This document shows positions 26,458 to 34,411 of a DNA stretch of 43,359 bases, in pieces (position 1 is the stretch's first letter; the number at the start of each line of letters is the position of its first letter). Under the pieces are notes generated by a model, which saw only the letters and a program-made list of their open reading frames with translations, ran no database searches and was not told the DNA's origin. Origin of the DNA: a virus (Duplodnaviria > Caudoviricetes); the IMG/VR virus record IMGVR_UViG_3300012942_000072, positions 1 to 43,359 of that record; one strand, given 5' to 3'. The translations under genes and the position numbers were made by a program.

Positions 26458-27129
26458 TCAGCCTGTCTCAGCTTGGCGTGTCGCGCGGATCATGTCGGCT
26501 TGGTTGACGAGGCGGGTGAGGTCCGGCCCTTCCAGTTTGGAGCCGCAGAACTCGCACGTCACCGATTCGATCTTCCCGTCGTGTGAGCGGACCACCAACG
26601 CGGGAACACGAGCCGGTTCGTCTTCGCCGTCTGCGTACCGCTGGACCGTGGTGGAGCGGCAGACGGTGCATTCAGCGCCGTGCATCCGCCATGAACGGTC
26701 AGGGTCGTTGTCGATGGTGAGCTTCACCTGACTGATCCAGTAGCGGACGAGGCGGACGCACTGATCGATCCGGTCGGGGTCGCCGTCACGGTTCACCGCG
26801 GACGTGAGCGCGCGTAGGTCTTTCGCTGTGTCGAACGTCCGCTTGATCTTCCGCTGCCTGAGGGCGTCGCGGATCGTGCCGGTGATCTCCACCAGCAGCG
26901 ACAACGCATCGCCGTTCGTCGGTGGACGTGAGCTCGGCACGCCGCCGGAGCCGCCGGACTCACTGCCCATGTCCAGCGCTTCCACGAGCTGATCCAGCAG
27001 CGACGCCACCGACACATGCACCCACGACCCGTCGTCACGGATCAGACGTTGACGGGTCGGCTGAGTCAGACGGTCGACAGCGGACCAGTGGTCGGCCGCG
27101 CCGAATAGCTTCTCGACGGGCTCGGTCAC
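26458..27129 (-). CDS. Zn-finger protein, probable late transcription regulator
   Basis: SLLDQL...G.S.G...SSRPP N-terminus; CxxC...CxxC; last early gene before the predicted late promoter. Confidence 0.7.
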   Translation of the reverse strand: MTEPVEKLFGAADHWSAVDRLTQPTRQRLIRDDGSWVHVSVASLLDQLVEALDMGSESGGSGGVPSSRPPTNGDALSLLVEITGTIRDALRQRKIKRTFDTAKDLRALTSAVNRDGDPDRIDQCVRLVRYWISQVKLTIDNDPDRSWRMHGAECTVCRSTTVQRYADGEDEPARVPALVVRSHDGKIESVTCEFCGSKLEGPDLTRLVNQADMIRATRQAETG

Positions 27130-27281
27130 TCTGCCTCCACGATCGGGCGAAGATCCTTCTCGCGCACCACGAATGGGAGCGCTCCGGGGCGTCGGCACAT
27201 CGCGTAGCCGTCCACTCTGGCCATGACGACGACCTCGGAATCGACCTCGGCGTAGTACGCGACTTCCTTCTTGCGGGTCAC
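27126..27281 (-). CDS. 51-aa hypothetical protein
   Basis: GGAGG RBS; GTGA overlaps; bracketed by 16-bp repeats. Confidence 0.65.
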   Translation of the reverse strand: MTRKKEVAYYAEVDSEVVVMARVDGYAMCRRPGALPFVVREKDLRPIVEAE

Positions 27282-27321
27282 TCTGCCTCCAAGGCTCGGA
27301 TAGTGGGACAAGGCCAGGTCG

Positions 27322-27618
27322 TCATGGACGGTCCACTTCGACCATGCCGCCAAGCGCAGCAGCAAACCGAATGCCCGCGCTTTCCTCGCCGTGCACGTCG
27401 GCGAAGCCACGACAGATCGCCTCGCCGTGCTCGGGATGCGAGCCATAGGGCAACGTCTGGTGACAGGTGATCCACGATCCGTTCGCGAGCGAGTCGCGCT
27501 CCATTTCCTCGCGGCGGCCGTCCCGCAGATGCATCAGATTGCCCGGTCGGTAGATGCACGTCGTGCACTTCTCGCGCAGGACCCGCGGGCGGCCCGTCTC
27601 AGCGTCGACGATGCTCAC
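27322..27618 (-). CDS. Hypothetical Cys-rich protein
   Basis: CTTCIYRPGN...CHQT...CRGF; GGGGAG RBS. Confidence 0.75.
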   Translation of the reverse strand: MSIVDAETGRPRVLREKCTTCIYRPGNLMHLRDGRREEMERDSLANGSWITCHQTLPYGSHPEHGEAICRGFADVHGEESAGIRFAAALGGMVEVDRP

Positions 27619-27866
27619 TCCGTCTCCCCTTGTCGCAGGATCGCATCGGCTCTGAGCCACGTCGGGCACGGCTCCAAAGCGGACGGTGAATCGGCCTCGA
27701 AGTCCTTGGCGCCCAGCCCGTGGCCGGACTGGCAGACGTGCCAGCCAGCGTGCGACGCGCGGATCGTCTCGACCGCCTCATACGCCGCCAGCAGTTCCTT
27801 CGCTAGCACTCCTACGGAGGACGGGTAGAACTCGGCTAGCTCAGACAGTTCAGCGAGAGAGGTCAT
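27615..27866 (-). CDS. Hypothetical protein
   Basis: Coupled start/stop; PCPT motif. Confidence 0.65.
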   Translation of the reverse strand: MTSLAELSELAEFYPSSVGVLAKELLAAYEAVETIRASHAGWHVCQSGHGLGAKDFEADSPSALEPCPTWLRADAILRQGETE

Positions 27867-27961
27867 CGGGCCACCTCGCCACAGACGCAGGTTTGGCCTC
27901 GGAGCAGCAGCTTCCCGCAGGCGATGCAGCGCGCAATCTTCCCGCCGCAGTTCCGGCTCAC
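27863..27961 (-). CDS. 32-aa Cys-rich hypothetical protein
   Basis: Hand translation ..CIACGK..CVCG; overlaps both neighbours by 4 nt. Confidence 0.5.
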   Translation of the reverse strand: MSRNCGGKIARCIACGKLLLRGQTCVCGEVAR

Positions 27962-28254
27962 TGTCCTGGTCCTCTCGTCACAGCCACTAAGGGCTCAGCT
28001 TCGGTCTTGTCCTCACCCGGTTGCGGGTTTGCAGCGTGAAAGACGCATCGACGGACGGTCAGACACATTGGTCCGGCGAGCGGTCCGCCTGTTGGCCCGG
28101 GGCGCTCAACGGTCAGTCGCGTGCAGCCGCAGCCCAGACGATCGACAGCGCGCACGGTTACGACGGCGTCGCGCATCATCGACCAGTCGGTGCCGGTCGA
28201 GTCCTTCACCCGGTATTGATCGCCGGGCTTGATGCGAGGTCGGTAGCCGCTCAC
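27958..28254 (-). CDS. Hypothetical protein
   Basis: GAGGAGG RBS before GTG at 28254. Confidence 0.55.
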   Translation of the reverse strand: MSGYRPRIKPGDQYRVKDSTGTDWSMMRDAVVTVRAVDRLGCGCTRLTVERPGPTGGPLAGPMCLTVRRCVFHAANPQPGEDKTEAEPLVAVTRGPGQ

Positions 28255-28280
28255 GCGGACGCCTCCTCGCGGGCCGTCGT

Positions 28281-29099
28281 TCACGCTGTCCTCCGGTGGT
28301 CGCATTTGCCGATGGTCTTTCCGGTGGCCTCGTCGATGAGCAGGCTTGAGCCGTGGCAGTCGGGGCAGTTGTCGCGGAGGGCCTTGGCGTTGGCTTTCCG
28401 CCAGGCGTCGACCTTCGGCGCCCAGTCGGTGTCCCACTTCCGGACGGCGGCGTTCTGGCGTCCGCACGCGCCGCAGGCGTCGTCGGTGCCGTCCGGCCTG
28501 TGTCGTTTGCAGTGCTCGAGCGGGCGGGGCGGGCATCCGGGCGGCAGCGCCGCATCGGTGGGCTCCCGGCTCCCGGTTCCCGGTTCAAGGTTCCCGGCCA
28601 CTGTTGTGGTTACGTAACCCTCCGGGAACCCACGTTCGCTCGAAGCCCCATCCGGCTCTATTCGATGGGCCTTCGACGTCCCATGGCATGGCCCATCATC
28701 TTGCTTTGCAAGGCACATTGAAAGCTCGTTCAAGGCGATGCGCCGCAGGGCATCGGACTCGATCTCGCTGATAGCCCGGTCGATCATTTTGCGTCGGGTC
28801 GGGTTGGCGTATCCCTGATCCCATTTGATGAATTTCACGACGATGACCTCTTCGGTGTCGTCGTCACATTCCACGTGACCTTCGCGCCGCAGGGCGTCGA
28901 TCGCGTTCTCCAGCTCATCCGTCGTCAAGTCCTTCGCTTTCTTCGACCATCGGCGTAGCCGTAGCGGTAGGACGCCAGCAGCGCTGATCTCGCCCTGGAG
29001 ACTGACCAGGAAGTACGCGCCCTGCTCGGCGAGGGTGAGCGCCCGGAACTCGTCCGAGTCGTGGATGCTCGTCGTGAAGCGACCGAACTGCCGCGCCAT
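28281..29099 (-). CDS. Replication initiator-like protein (N-terminal HTH, C-terminal Cys/His)
   Basis: I..D.EFRALT...Q..YF...Q..IS.AGV N-terminus of phage Rep-like proteins; C.RHP.G....C..C; internal DNA repeats. Confidence 0.7.
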   Translation of the reverse strand: MARQFGRFTTSIHDSDEFRALTLAEQGAYFLVSLQGEISAAGVLPLRLRRWSKKAKDLTTDELENAIDALRREGHVECDDDTEEVIVVKFIKWDQGYANPTRRKMIDRAISEIESDALRRIALNELSMCLAKQDDGPCHGTSKAHRIEPDGASSERGFPEGYVTTTVAGNLEPGTGSREPTDAALPPGCPPRPLEHCKRHRPDGTDDACGACGRQNAAVRKWDTDWAPKVDAWRKANAKALRDNCPDCHGSSLLIDEATGKTIGKCDHRRTA

Positions 29100-29639
29100 T
29101 CAGCCCTCCTGGTTGTAGTGGTAGGTCCGGTCGGCCTTCAGGAACAGCACCCAATGCGTTCCGCTGCGTTTGGGCAGCATCTCGCCGACCACGGGCTTTT
29201 CGTCCGTCAACGCGAGGACTTCCCGCAGGGGAATGTCGGTCTCTGCCCATTTGAACGCCAGCGTGCCGTGCGGCTTCAAGACCCGGAAGCACTCGGCGAA
29301 ACCGGCGCGGAGGTCAGCGCGCCAATCGGTGCCGGTGAGCGTCCCGTACTTCGTCGCGAGCCATCCTGTGTGTCCTGCTCGGGTGGAGTGCGGCGGGTCG
29401 AAGATCACCAGCGAGAACGACGCATCGGGGAAGTCGAGAGCGCGGAAGTCGGTGAGCATGTCCGGCGTGACCTCGAACAGGCGCTCGTTGCGGCCCTCGC
29501 CGAGCGCGACGGGCTCAACGGTGCGCCGATCGCCGAAGATCACGCGCGGGTCGGATTTGTCGAAGTAGAACATTCGGCCACCGCTCGCCGGGTCCAGGAT
29601 CGGCCTCTCGTCGCTGTAGTAGGGGGTGTGTCCGCTCAC
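29100..29639 (-). CDS. Class I SAM-dependent (adenine-type) methyltransferase
   Basis: ILDPASGGRMF, IFDPPH and ECFRVLKP.G motifs. Confidence 0.88.
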   Translation of the reverse strand: MSGHTPYYSDERPILDPASGGRMFYFDKSDPRVIFGDRRTVEPVALGEGRNERLFEVTPDMLTDFRALDFPDASFSLVIFDPPHSTRAGHTGWLATKYGTLTGTDWRADLRAGFAECFRVLKPHGTLAFKWAETDIPLREVLALTDEKPVVGEMLPKRSGTHWVLFLKADRTYHYNQEG

Positions 29640-29652
29640 TGAACAGCCCCCG
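29608..29652. repeat. 45-bp direct repeat copy 1
   Basis: Identical to 30411-30455. Confidence 0.95.
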
Positions 29653-29776
29653 CCCCACCGTTGGCGATCTCCAACAGCACGTCCGCATGGCACGGCTGAT
29701 CGAGCGGGCACCAGCAGCAGAGGTCACGGCCGATCTCCCATCGGTTGTCGTGGTTGGTGCAGTAGATGAGAGGCAT
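29636..29776 (-). pseudogene. C-terminal remnant of a DUF4326-like protein
   Basis: GRDLCCWCPLDQPCHADVLLEIAN motif only. Confidence 0.7.
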
Positions 29777-30442
29777 CAGGACACTGATCCGAAGTCGAGA
29801 ACGCCAGCGGCGAGACGGCGGGCGATGATCTCGCAGTAACGCTCTTCGAGTTCCACCGCGATCACTTTCCGTCCAAGATTTCGCGCTGCGAGCAACGTTG
29901 AGCCGCCGCCCGCGAAGGGGTCCGCAATGACCGATTGGGGGGGCGCACTCGATGAGCTGTTCGAGCAGTCCAACCGGCTTGGGTGTGGGGTGTCCGATCA
30001 GCGCGGCAATCCCCATGGTGCCGCCGCGCTGATCGGACGTAGCAATCAGGTTCTGGCGTCGCCTGCCGACCCATCCACGCTCGAGGACGTAGATCTCCTC
30101 GGTGGCATTGCCCCAGGGAATCGACAGATCCCCCATCCCGGGACCGATGCTCGTCTTGTGCCAGGTGATCGTCTGCCGCACGTTCGACGGCTTCGCGACG
30201 CGCCACGTGCCGAATACCAGCGCCGGGCGAGAACCCCACAGCGCGAGCGCAGAGTCCCGAACCGTGGCGTCTGCGTCATTGGCAACCGGCCGCGCAGTGG
30301 CCGTATGTCCAGAGACGTAAGCCATCCCATATGGCGGGTCGGTCACCAGTACGTCGGCCGCGAGCCATTCGGTGACCTCGCGGCAGTCCCCCAGGTACAA
30401 GGTGACGTGTTCGTCGCTGTAGTAGGGGGTGTGTCCGCTCAC
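29776..30442 (-). pseudogene. Beta-class N4/N6 DNA methyltransferase, frameshifted at a C7 tract
   Basis: TDPPYG and HPTPKP in one frame; DPFAGGGST...AVELEERYCE in the +1 frame; C7 run at 29937-29943. Confidence 0.88.
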
Positions 30443-30455
30443 TGAACAGCCCCCG
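30411..30455. repeat. 45-bp direct repeat copy 2
   Basis: Identical to 29608-29652. Confidence 0.95.
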
Positions 30456-30678
30456 TCCAGTCAGTTCTTCCGTCGCTGTCCTTCACGGGAGGCAGCGAAG
30501 GGTCGAAGATCCGCTCAAGGTCGCGGACGTACATCGAGTGGTTGGGTAAGTCGGACACCTTGCGGTACTCGGCGATCAACGCGCGGATCGCACGCTCCTG
30601 GATGCGGAGTGCGACCAGCTCGCGGAACAGCGGCGAAGTGGGCTCACCGATGTAGGCCACGCTGATGAGGCGGCTCAT
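30439..30678 (-). CDS. Hypothetical protein
   Basis: ATGA/GTGA coupling on both sides. Confidence 0.6.
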   Translation of the reverse strand: MSRLISVAYIGEPTSPLFRELVALRIQERAIRALIAEYRKVSDLPNHSMYVRDLERIFDPSLPPVKDSDGRTDWTGAVQ

Positions 30679-30896
30679 GACTTCACGCTCCGGTCGAGCC
30701 ACTTCAAGATCGCGAGCGCGCTGTCGATCTGGGCGTTCTCCCCGCCCTCGATCCGGTCAAGCGTCGAGAAGCTGACGCCGATCTCCTTCGCGGCAGCACG
30801 GAGTGAAAGTCCACGAGCGCGTCGCTGCTCGCGAGCGAGGAATCCGAGCAGGGTCAGGATTCGACCAAGCTCTGTGTACGTCGTCGGGGCGGTCAC
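30675..30896 (-). CDS. XRE-family HTH protein
   Basis: RGLSLRAAAKEIGVSFSTLDRIEGG. Confidence 0.88.
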   Translation of the reverse strand: MTAPTTYTELGRILTLLGFLAREQRRARGLSLRAAAKEIGVSFSTLDRIEGGENAQIDSALAILKWLDRSVKS

Positions 30897-31267
30897 GATG
30901 TACCCCCACGCACCGTCAGGTAGCAGGACGTGTCATCCCAGTCGTCGTCAACGACCCAACGGCCGGGCTTCAACAGGTAGTCGCCATCGACCCGCTCCCA
31001 GAGTTCGTCCGGCGCCTCGACCGCTTCGGCTGCGACGACGCAACCGGGGTACGGCACCGTCCAGCCGTAACCCCGCCGCCAGTCGTGGAAAACGCCGTGG
31101 ATCTCGACGTCCTCCCACTCATCGAAGGCGGGTGATTCCTCGTCCTCGGGGTCGTATCCGGTGTGGTCGCCAGTGCATTCGATCCAGCCGGCGCAGTGCG
31201 CGGGGTCGGCGCACTCGATCGTGAAGCCCTCGCGGTCCTCATCGACGATGAGGATGTGCCGGCTCAC
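30893..31267 (-). CDS. Hypothetical acidic protein
   Basis: Coupled; coherent composition. Confidence 0.7.
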   Translation of the reverse strand: MSRHILIVDEDREGFTIECADPAHCAGWIECTGDHTGYDPEDEESPAFDEWEDVEIHGVFHDWRRGYGWTVPYPGCVVAAEAVEAPDELWERVDGDYLLKPGRWVVDDDWDDTSCYLTVRGGTS

Positions 31268-31536
31268 GATGTGCCCCCACGAGCAACCGAGGCGCAGTAC
31301 TCGTAGTCAGCCCATTGCCAGGTGCCCTTGCTGTAGGTGTTGGCAGACTCGATCTCGCTGGCGATCTTCTCCCGGACGGCGGTCTCGATAGCGGGGTAGG
31401 CGGCAGCGATGCCATCGCGGACGATCTCGTCGCGGTGAAGCGTCCCTAGATCACGTCCGAGCATTCGCATGCTGGCGTCCTCAATCGCCTCGGCAGCGAG
31501 CCGTACCGCCTCGTCGGGGATCTCTGGGGTGCTCAC
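31264..31536 (-). CDS. Hypothetical protein
   Basis: Coupled; AAGGAGG RBS. Confidence 0.7.
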   Translation of the reverse strand: MSTPEIPDEAVRLAAEAIEDASMRMLGRDLGTLHRDEIVRDGIAAAYPAIETAVREKIASEIESANTYSKGTWQWADYEYCASVARGGTS

Positions 31537-32627
31537 GCCGCGGCCTCCTTGCCAACTCGGGGGTAGAGCATGGTGTCGTCGACCTCCAGCAGCTTCTTCG
31601 GGGCCAGCCTCGCGCGGTTAAACCACGGGGCAAGCCGACAGTGCAGCCACGTCCCGCGCGCCCAACGCTGCCCAAGGAAAGGACTGCCCGTGTTCGCCGC
31701 GGTTTTGAAGTCGTCGTTGTAGACGAACTGATTCCCGGTGTTGTAGGGCGGGTCGATGTAGGTGAGTTTGACTTTGCGGTCATAGCCGCGGCGAAGGCGT
31801 TTCAACGCGAGCAGGTTGTCGGATTCGAGGAACAGGTTCTTGGTGGTGTCCCATTCGGCAGATTCCTCCACGTCCAAGCCGAATAGGTCGATGTCCGGGT
31901 CATCGAGCTGCGCCGCCCACACGGCTTCCTCCCAGCCCAGGAAGTCAATCCGGGCGTCGGCGCCCACTCGGAACCCCTCATCGACCGCCGGCCGGTGGAG
32001 CTCTTCGCGGTCGGACGGGAGGATCGGCGCGTACTCCTCCAGTCGCCCGCTCGGCATGACCCGCAGCGCGATGGCCTGTATTTCGGCTCTGCGCGCCGCC
32101 GAGCCAGGGCCGCGCGCGTCATCCCACAGGCGCACGTTGATCTCTCGCAAGTCCGCCTCTGTGGCGTCTCTGGCCAGCTCGGGCAGGGCGTGCGGCAGAA
32201 ACTGCCTATTGCTTCCCAGGTTGTCCAAACACCACTGCCAGTGCGCCTGACGTGCCGTTCCACCCGGATACGGCGTGGACCACTGCCGGGAGGCCAGCAG
32301 GTAGGCACGGCCGGGTTCCAGGCTCCAGGGAGCCCACGAGTTGGGCAGGATGAACGGGGCGCGCAGCCACAGCGGCATCGATAGGACGCAGCCGTATTCC
32401 TCCAGCAGGTCGAGCGTGATCGCGTCCGTGCTGGGCACATGCAAGCCGGTGATCTTCTTTCGCTCTCGGATGAAAATCGGGCCGTCCAGCTCGGGCATGA
32501 TGTGGACACGTCGCCCGCCGCGGTCTTCGTAACGACTGTTCACCGCCAGCAACATCTGGTGTTCATCACGTTCGGGCAGCTTCCGCTTGCGGTACTCAGA
32601 CGGCGACAAGATCTCTGGGGTGCTCAC
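31533..32627 (-). CDS. Unknown N-terminal domain fused to a truncated type III Mod-like methyltransferase segment
   Basis: NLFLESDNLLALK.L......KVKLTYIDPPYNTG..FVYNDDF; no FxGxG motif follows. Confidence 0.75.
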   Translation of the reverse strand: MSTPEILSPSEYRKRKLPERDEHQMLLAVNSRYEDRGGRRVHIMPELDGPIFIRERKKITGLHVPSTDAITLDLLEEYGCVLSMPLWLRAPFILPNSWAPWSLEPGRAYLLASRQWSTPYPGGTARQAHWQWCLDNLGSNRQFLPHALPELARDATEADLREINVRLWDDARGPGSAARRAEIQAIALRVMPSGRLEEYAPILPSDREELHRPAVDEGFRVGADARIDFLGWEEAVWAAQLDDPDIDLFGLDVEESAEWDTTKNLFLESDNLLALKRLRRGYDRKVKLTYIDPPYNTGNQFVYNDDFKTAANTGSPFLGQRWARGTWLHCRLAPWFNRARLAPKKLLEVDDTMLYPRVGKEAAA

Positions 32628-33013
32628 TCAACCCACCCCTCAGACAGGATCTCGACAGGCTGTGGGATCTCGTCCCAGGAGAGGCATTTTTCAGTGCTGT
32701 ACCAGGGGTAGCAGGCGGTGTTGTTGATGCGGACGAAGACCTCTCCGCTCGCGTCCCGGATGACGCACCCGAGGTTCGTCGGCTCCGGTGCGGGTGCAGG
32801 ACGCAGCGACGAGGCAGGGACGAGCACGTTTCCGTAGGCCTTCGACATTCCGGCCGGAAGCCCAACGTCAAGCGCGACCTCCGCGAGATCGACCTTCGGC
32901 CTGAGGTCTCCATCACTGTACGAATCCGGGCGGATGTACTCGACCTCGACCTCGGCGCCGTCAGGCATCGTCCAGATCACCTTGTCGCCCGGCTTGTAGC
33001 GGTGCTCAGTCAT
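32624..33013 (-). CDS. Hypothetical protein
   Basis: GGAGG RBS; YKPGDKV N-terminus. Confidence 0.7.
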   Translation of the reverse strand: MTEHRYKPGDKVIWTMPDGAEVEVEYIRPDSYSDGDLRPKVDLAEVALDVGLPAGMSKAYGNVLVPASSLRPAPAPEPTNLGCVIRDASGEVFVRINNTACYPWYSTEKCLSWDEIPQPVEILSEGWVE

Positions 33014-33452
33014 TAGTGCCTCCGGCACCCTCAGTGGCGAGGTATTCGCCAAACGGGAGCCAGCCGTTCTCGGTGTAGAAGCCCCACATGCGCGAGCGCG
33101 GTCCGCAGAACACGAGCGTCGTGGTGCCCGGCCGGATCGAGTCGATCCGGTGGCAGATGTCGAGCCCGACCTTGTGGATCGAGCCACGGCGACGCTGGGT
33201 GACGTTCACCCAGCCCGACCCGGGATAGCCGACGATCTTGCGCCACTGCTCGGTATAGCCGCCCCGCAGCACGACCGAGACGAACGCCCACGGGTGATCG
33301 TGTAGGTGCCGGTCACGGTCGGGCCGTGCGAAGCGGTGCAGGTAGATCGCTCCCCACGGCGTCTGGACGACACGCAGCCGCCAGAGATACAGGTCGCCCT
33401 CGCTCTCGATACGGTCGACTCGACAGAACGCCCATCGGCGAGTGCCGCTCAT
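33006..33452 (-). CDS. Cupin-fold protein (HDHPW type)
   Basis: LHRF...D.DRHLHDHPW.F.S.VL.GGY.E, HRI, WGFY. Confidence 0.8.
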   Translation of the reverse strand: MSGTRRWAFCRVDRIESEGDLYLWRLRVVQTPWGAIYLHRFARPDRDRHLHDHPWAFVSVVLRGGYTEQWRKIVGYPGSGWVNVTQRRRGSIHKVGLDICHRIDSIRPGTTTLVFCGPRSRMWGFYTENGWLPFGEYLATEGAGGTND

Positions 33453-34006
33453 CGCTCTGCACCTTCACCCTCAGTAGGTACGCCGGGAGTGATCACGCGA
33501 CCGCTCAAGGCATCGCGAAGTTCGCCGCAGCGGACGCAGATGGTGTACGGGTCGTCACCGTCGAATCGCCAGGAGTGATCGCACGTCGGCTCGGTTGGGG
33601 TGGGTACGTCAGCCACGACTGGAAACGGCGGAAGTTCTGCGTCGGTCGAGACGATCACCAGCCGGTCGCGCTCGAAAGCTTGGCGTCCATCGGGCCAGAA
33701 CATCCGCGAGGCGTAGTCGCCAGAGGGCAGTCCGTGGGACTCGACCTTGGCTCCGAACCAATCAGCGACGTGCTCCCAATCGGCCTCGTCCAACGCGATA
33801 GACGCGATTTCCGGTCGGGGTACGTCGGTAGAGCCACCCGCCAGGATCGCGCGGAGACGTTCGACTTCGGCGACCAGGACCTCATGGCTGCGCCTGATGC
33901 GCTCGCCAGCCTCGATCGACACCGCTGAGCGACGGTCCACAGCCTGCGAGAGGTTGATCTCCAACTCGGCGGGCCGCAGCACGTCATAGGGCAAGGGCTC
34001 AGTCAT
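33449..34006 (-). CDS. Hypothetical protein
   Basis: Coupled; C-terminal C.H.W...C..C. Confidence 0.65.
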   Translation of the reverse strand: MTEPLPYDVLRPAELEINLSQAVDRRSAVSIEAGERIRRSHEVLVAEVERLRAILAGGSTDVPRPEIASIALDEADWEHVADWFGAKVESHGLPSGDYASRMFWPDGRQAFERDRLVIVSTDAELPPFPVVADVPTPTEPTCDHSWRFDGDDPYTICVRCGELRDALSGRVITPGVPTEGEGAER

Positions 34007-34152
34007 CGGTTCCACCCCTCACGCTTGTGAGCCCGCACCCATGGCGGCTCGTAGCCCCGCTGCTCACGCTCGATCTGCTCACGGCGTTGACGGCTATATC
34101 CCTGCGGCCGGCGGCAGACCTCGCACGAGCCGGACGCGCAACACTCAGTCAT
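34003..34152 (-). CDS. 49-aa Cys-rich hypothetical protein
   Basis: Hand translation MTECCASGSCEVC...; GGAGG RBS; ATGA coupling. Confidence 0.6.
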   Translation of the reverse strand: MTECCASGSCEVCRRPQGYSRQRREQIEREQRGYEPPWVRAHKREGWNR

Positions 34153-34179
34153 TGTCGGCCTCCGGTTGGGTAGGGGTAC

Positions 34180-34380
34180 TCACGATGCGTCCTCCCCACT
34201 CGCCAGACGCTCGAAGTAGGCGATGACCTCCGGGTCGGTCAGGATCGTTTCGGCGAGCCTTAGCTGCCACTGGAACGTCTCCCCGTACAGGGACTTGGCC
34301 ACCTTGGCGAGATCGTCAGCAAAGACGTGGCCGTGGTACTTCGCGGTGATCTCTTGCTCTGTCCCGGCTTCGATGCTCAT
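34180..34380 (-). CDS. Hypothetical protein
   Basis: GAGGAGG RBS. Confidence 0.65.
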   Translation of the reverse strand: MSIEAGTEQEITAKYHGHVFADDLAKVAKSLYGETFQWQLRLAETILTDPEVIAYFERLASGEDAS

Positions 34381-34411
34381 CAGTTGGCCTCCTCATGGGA
34401 TAGGACAGGGG

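Noticed and set aside
29636-30442. 268-aa MTase-DUF4326 fusion as a genuine protein
   Set aside because: Produced by the frameshift; the MTase C-terminal motifs are in another frame
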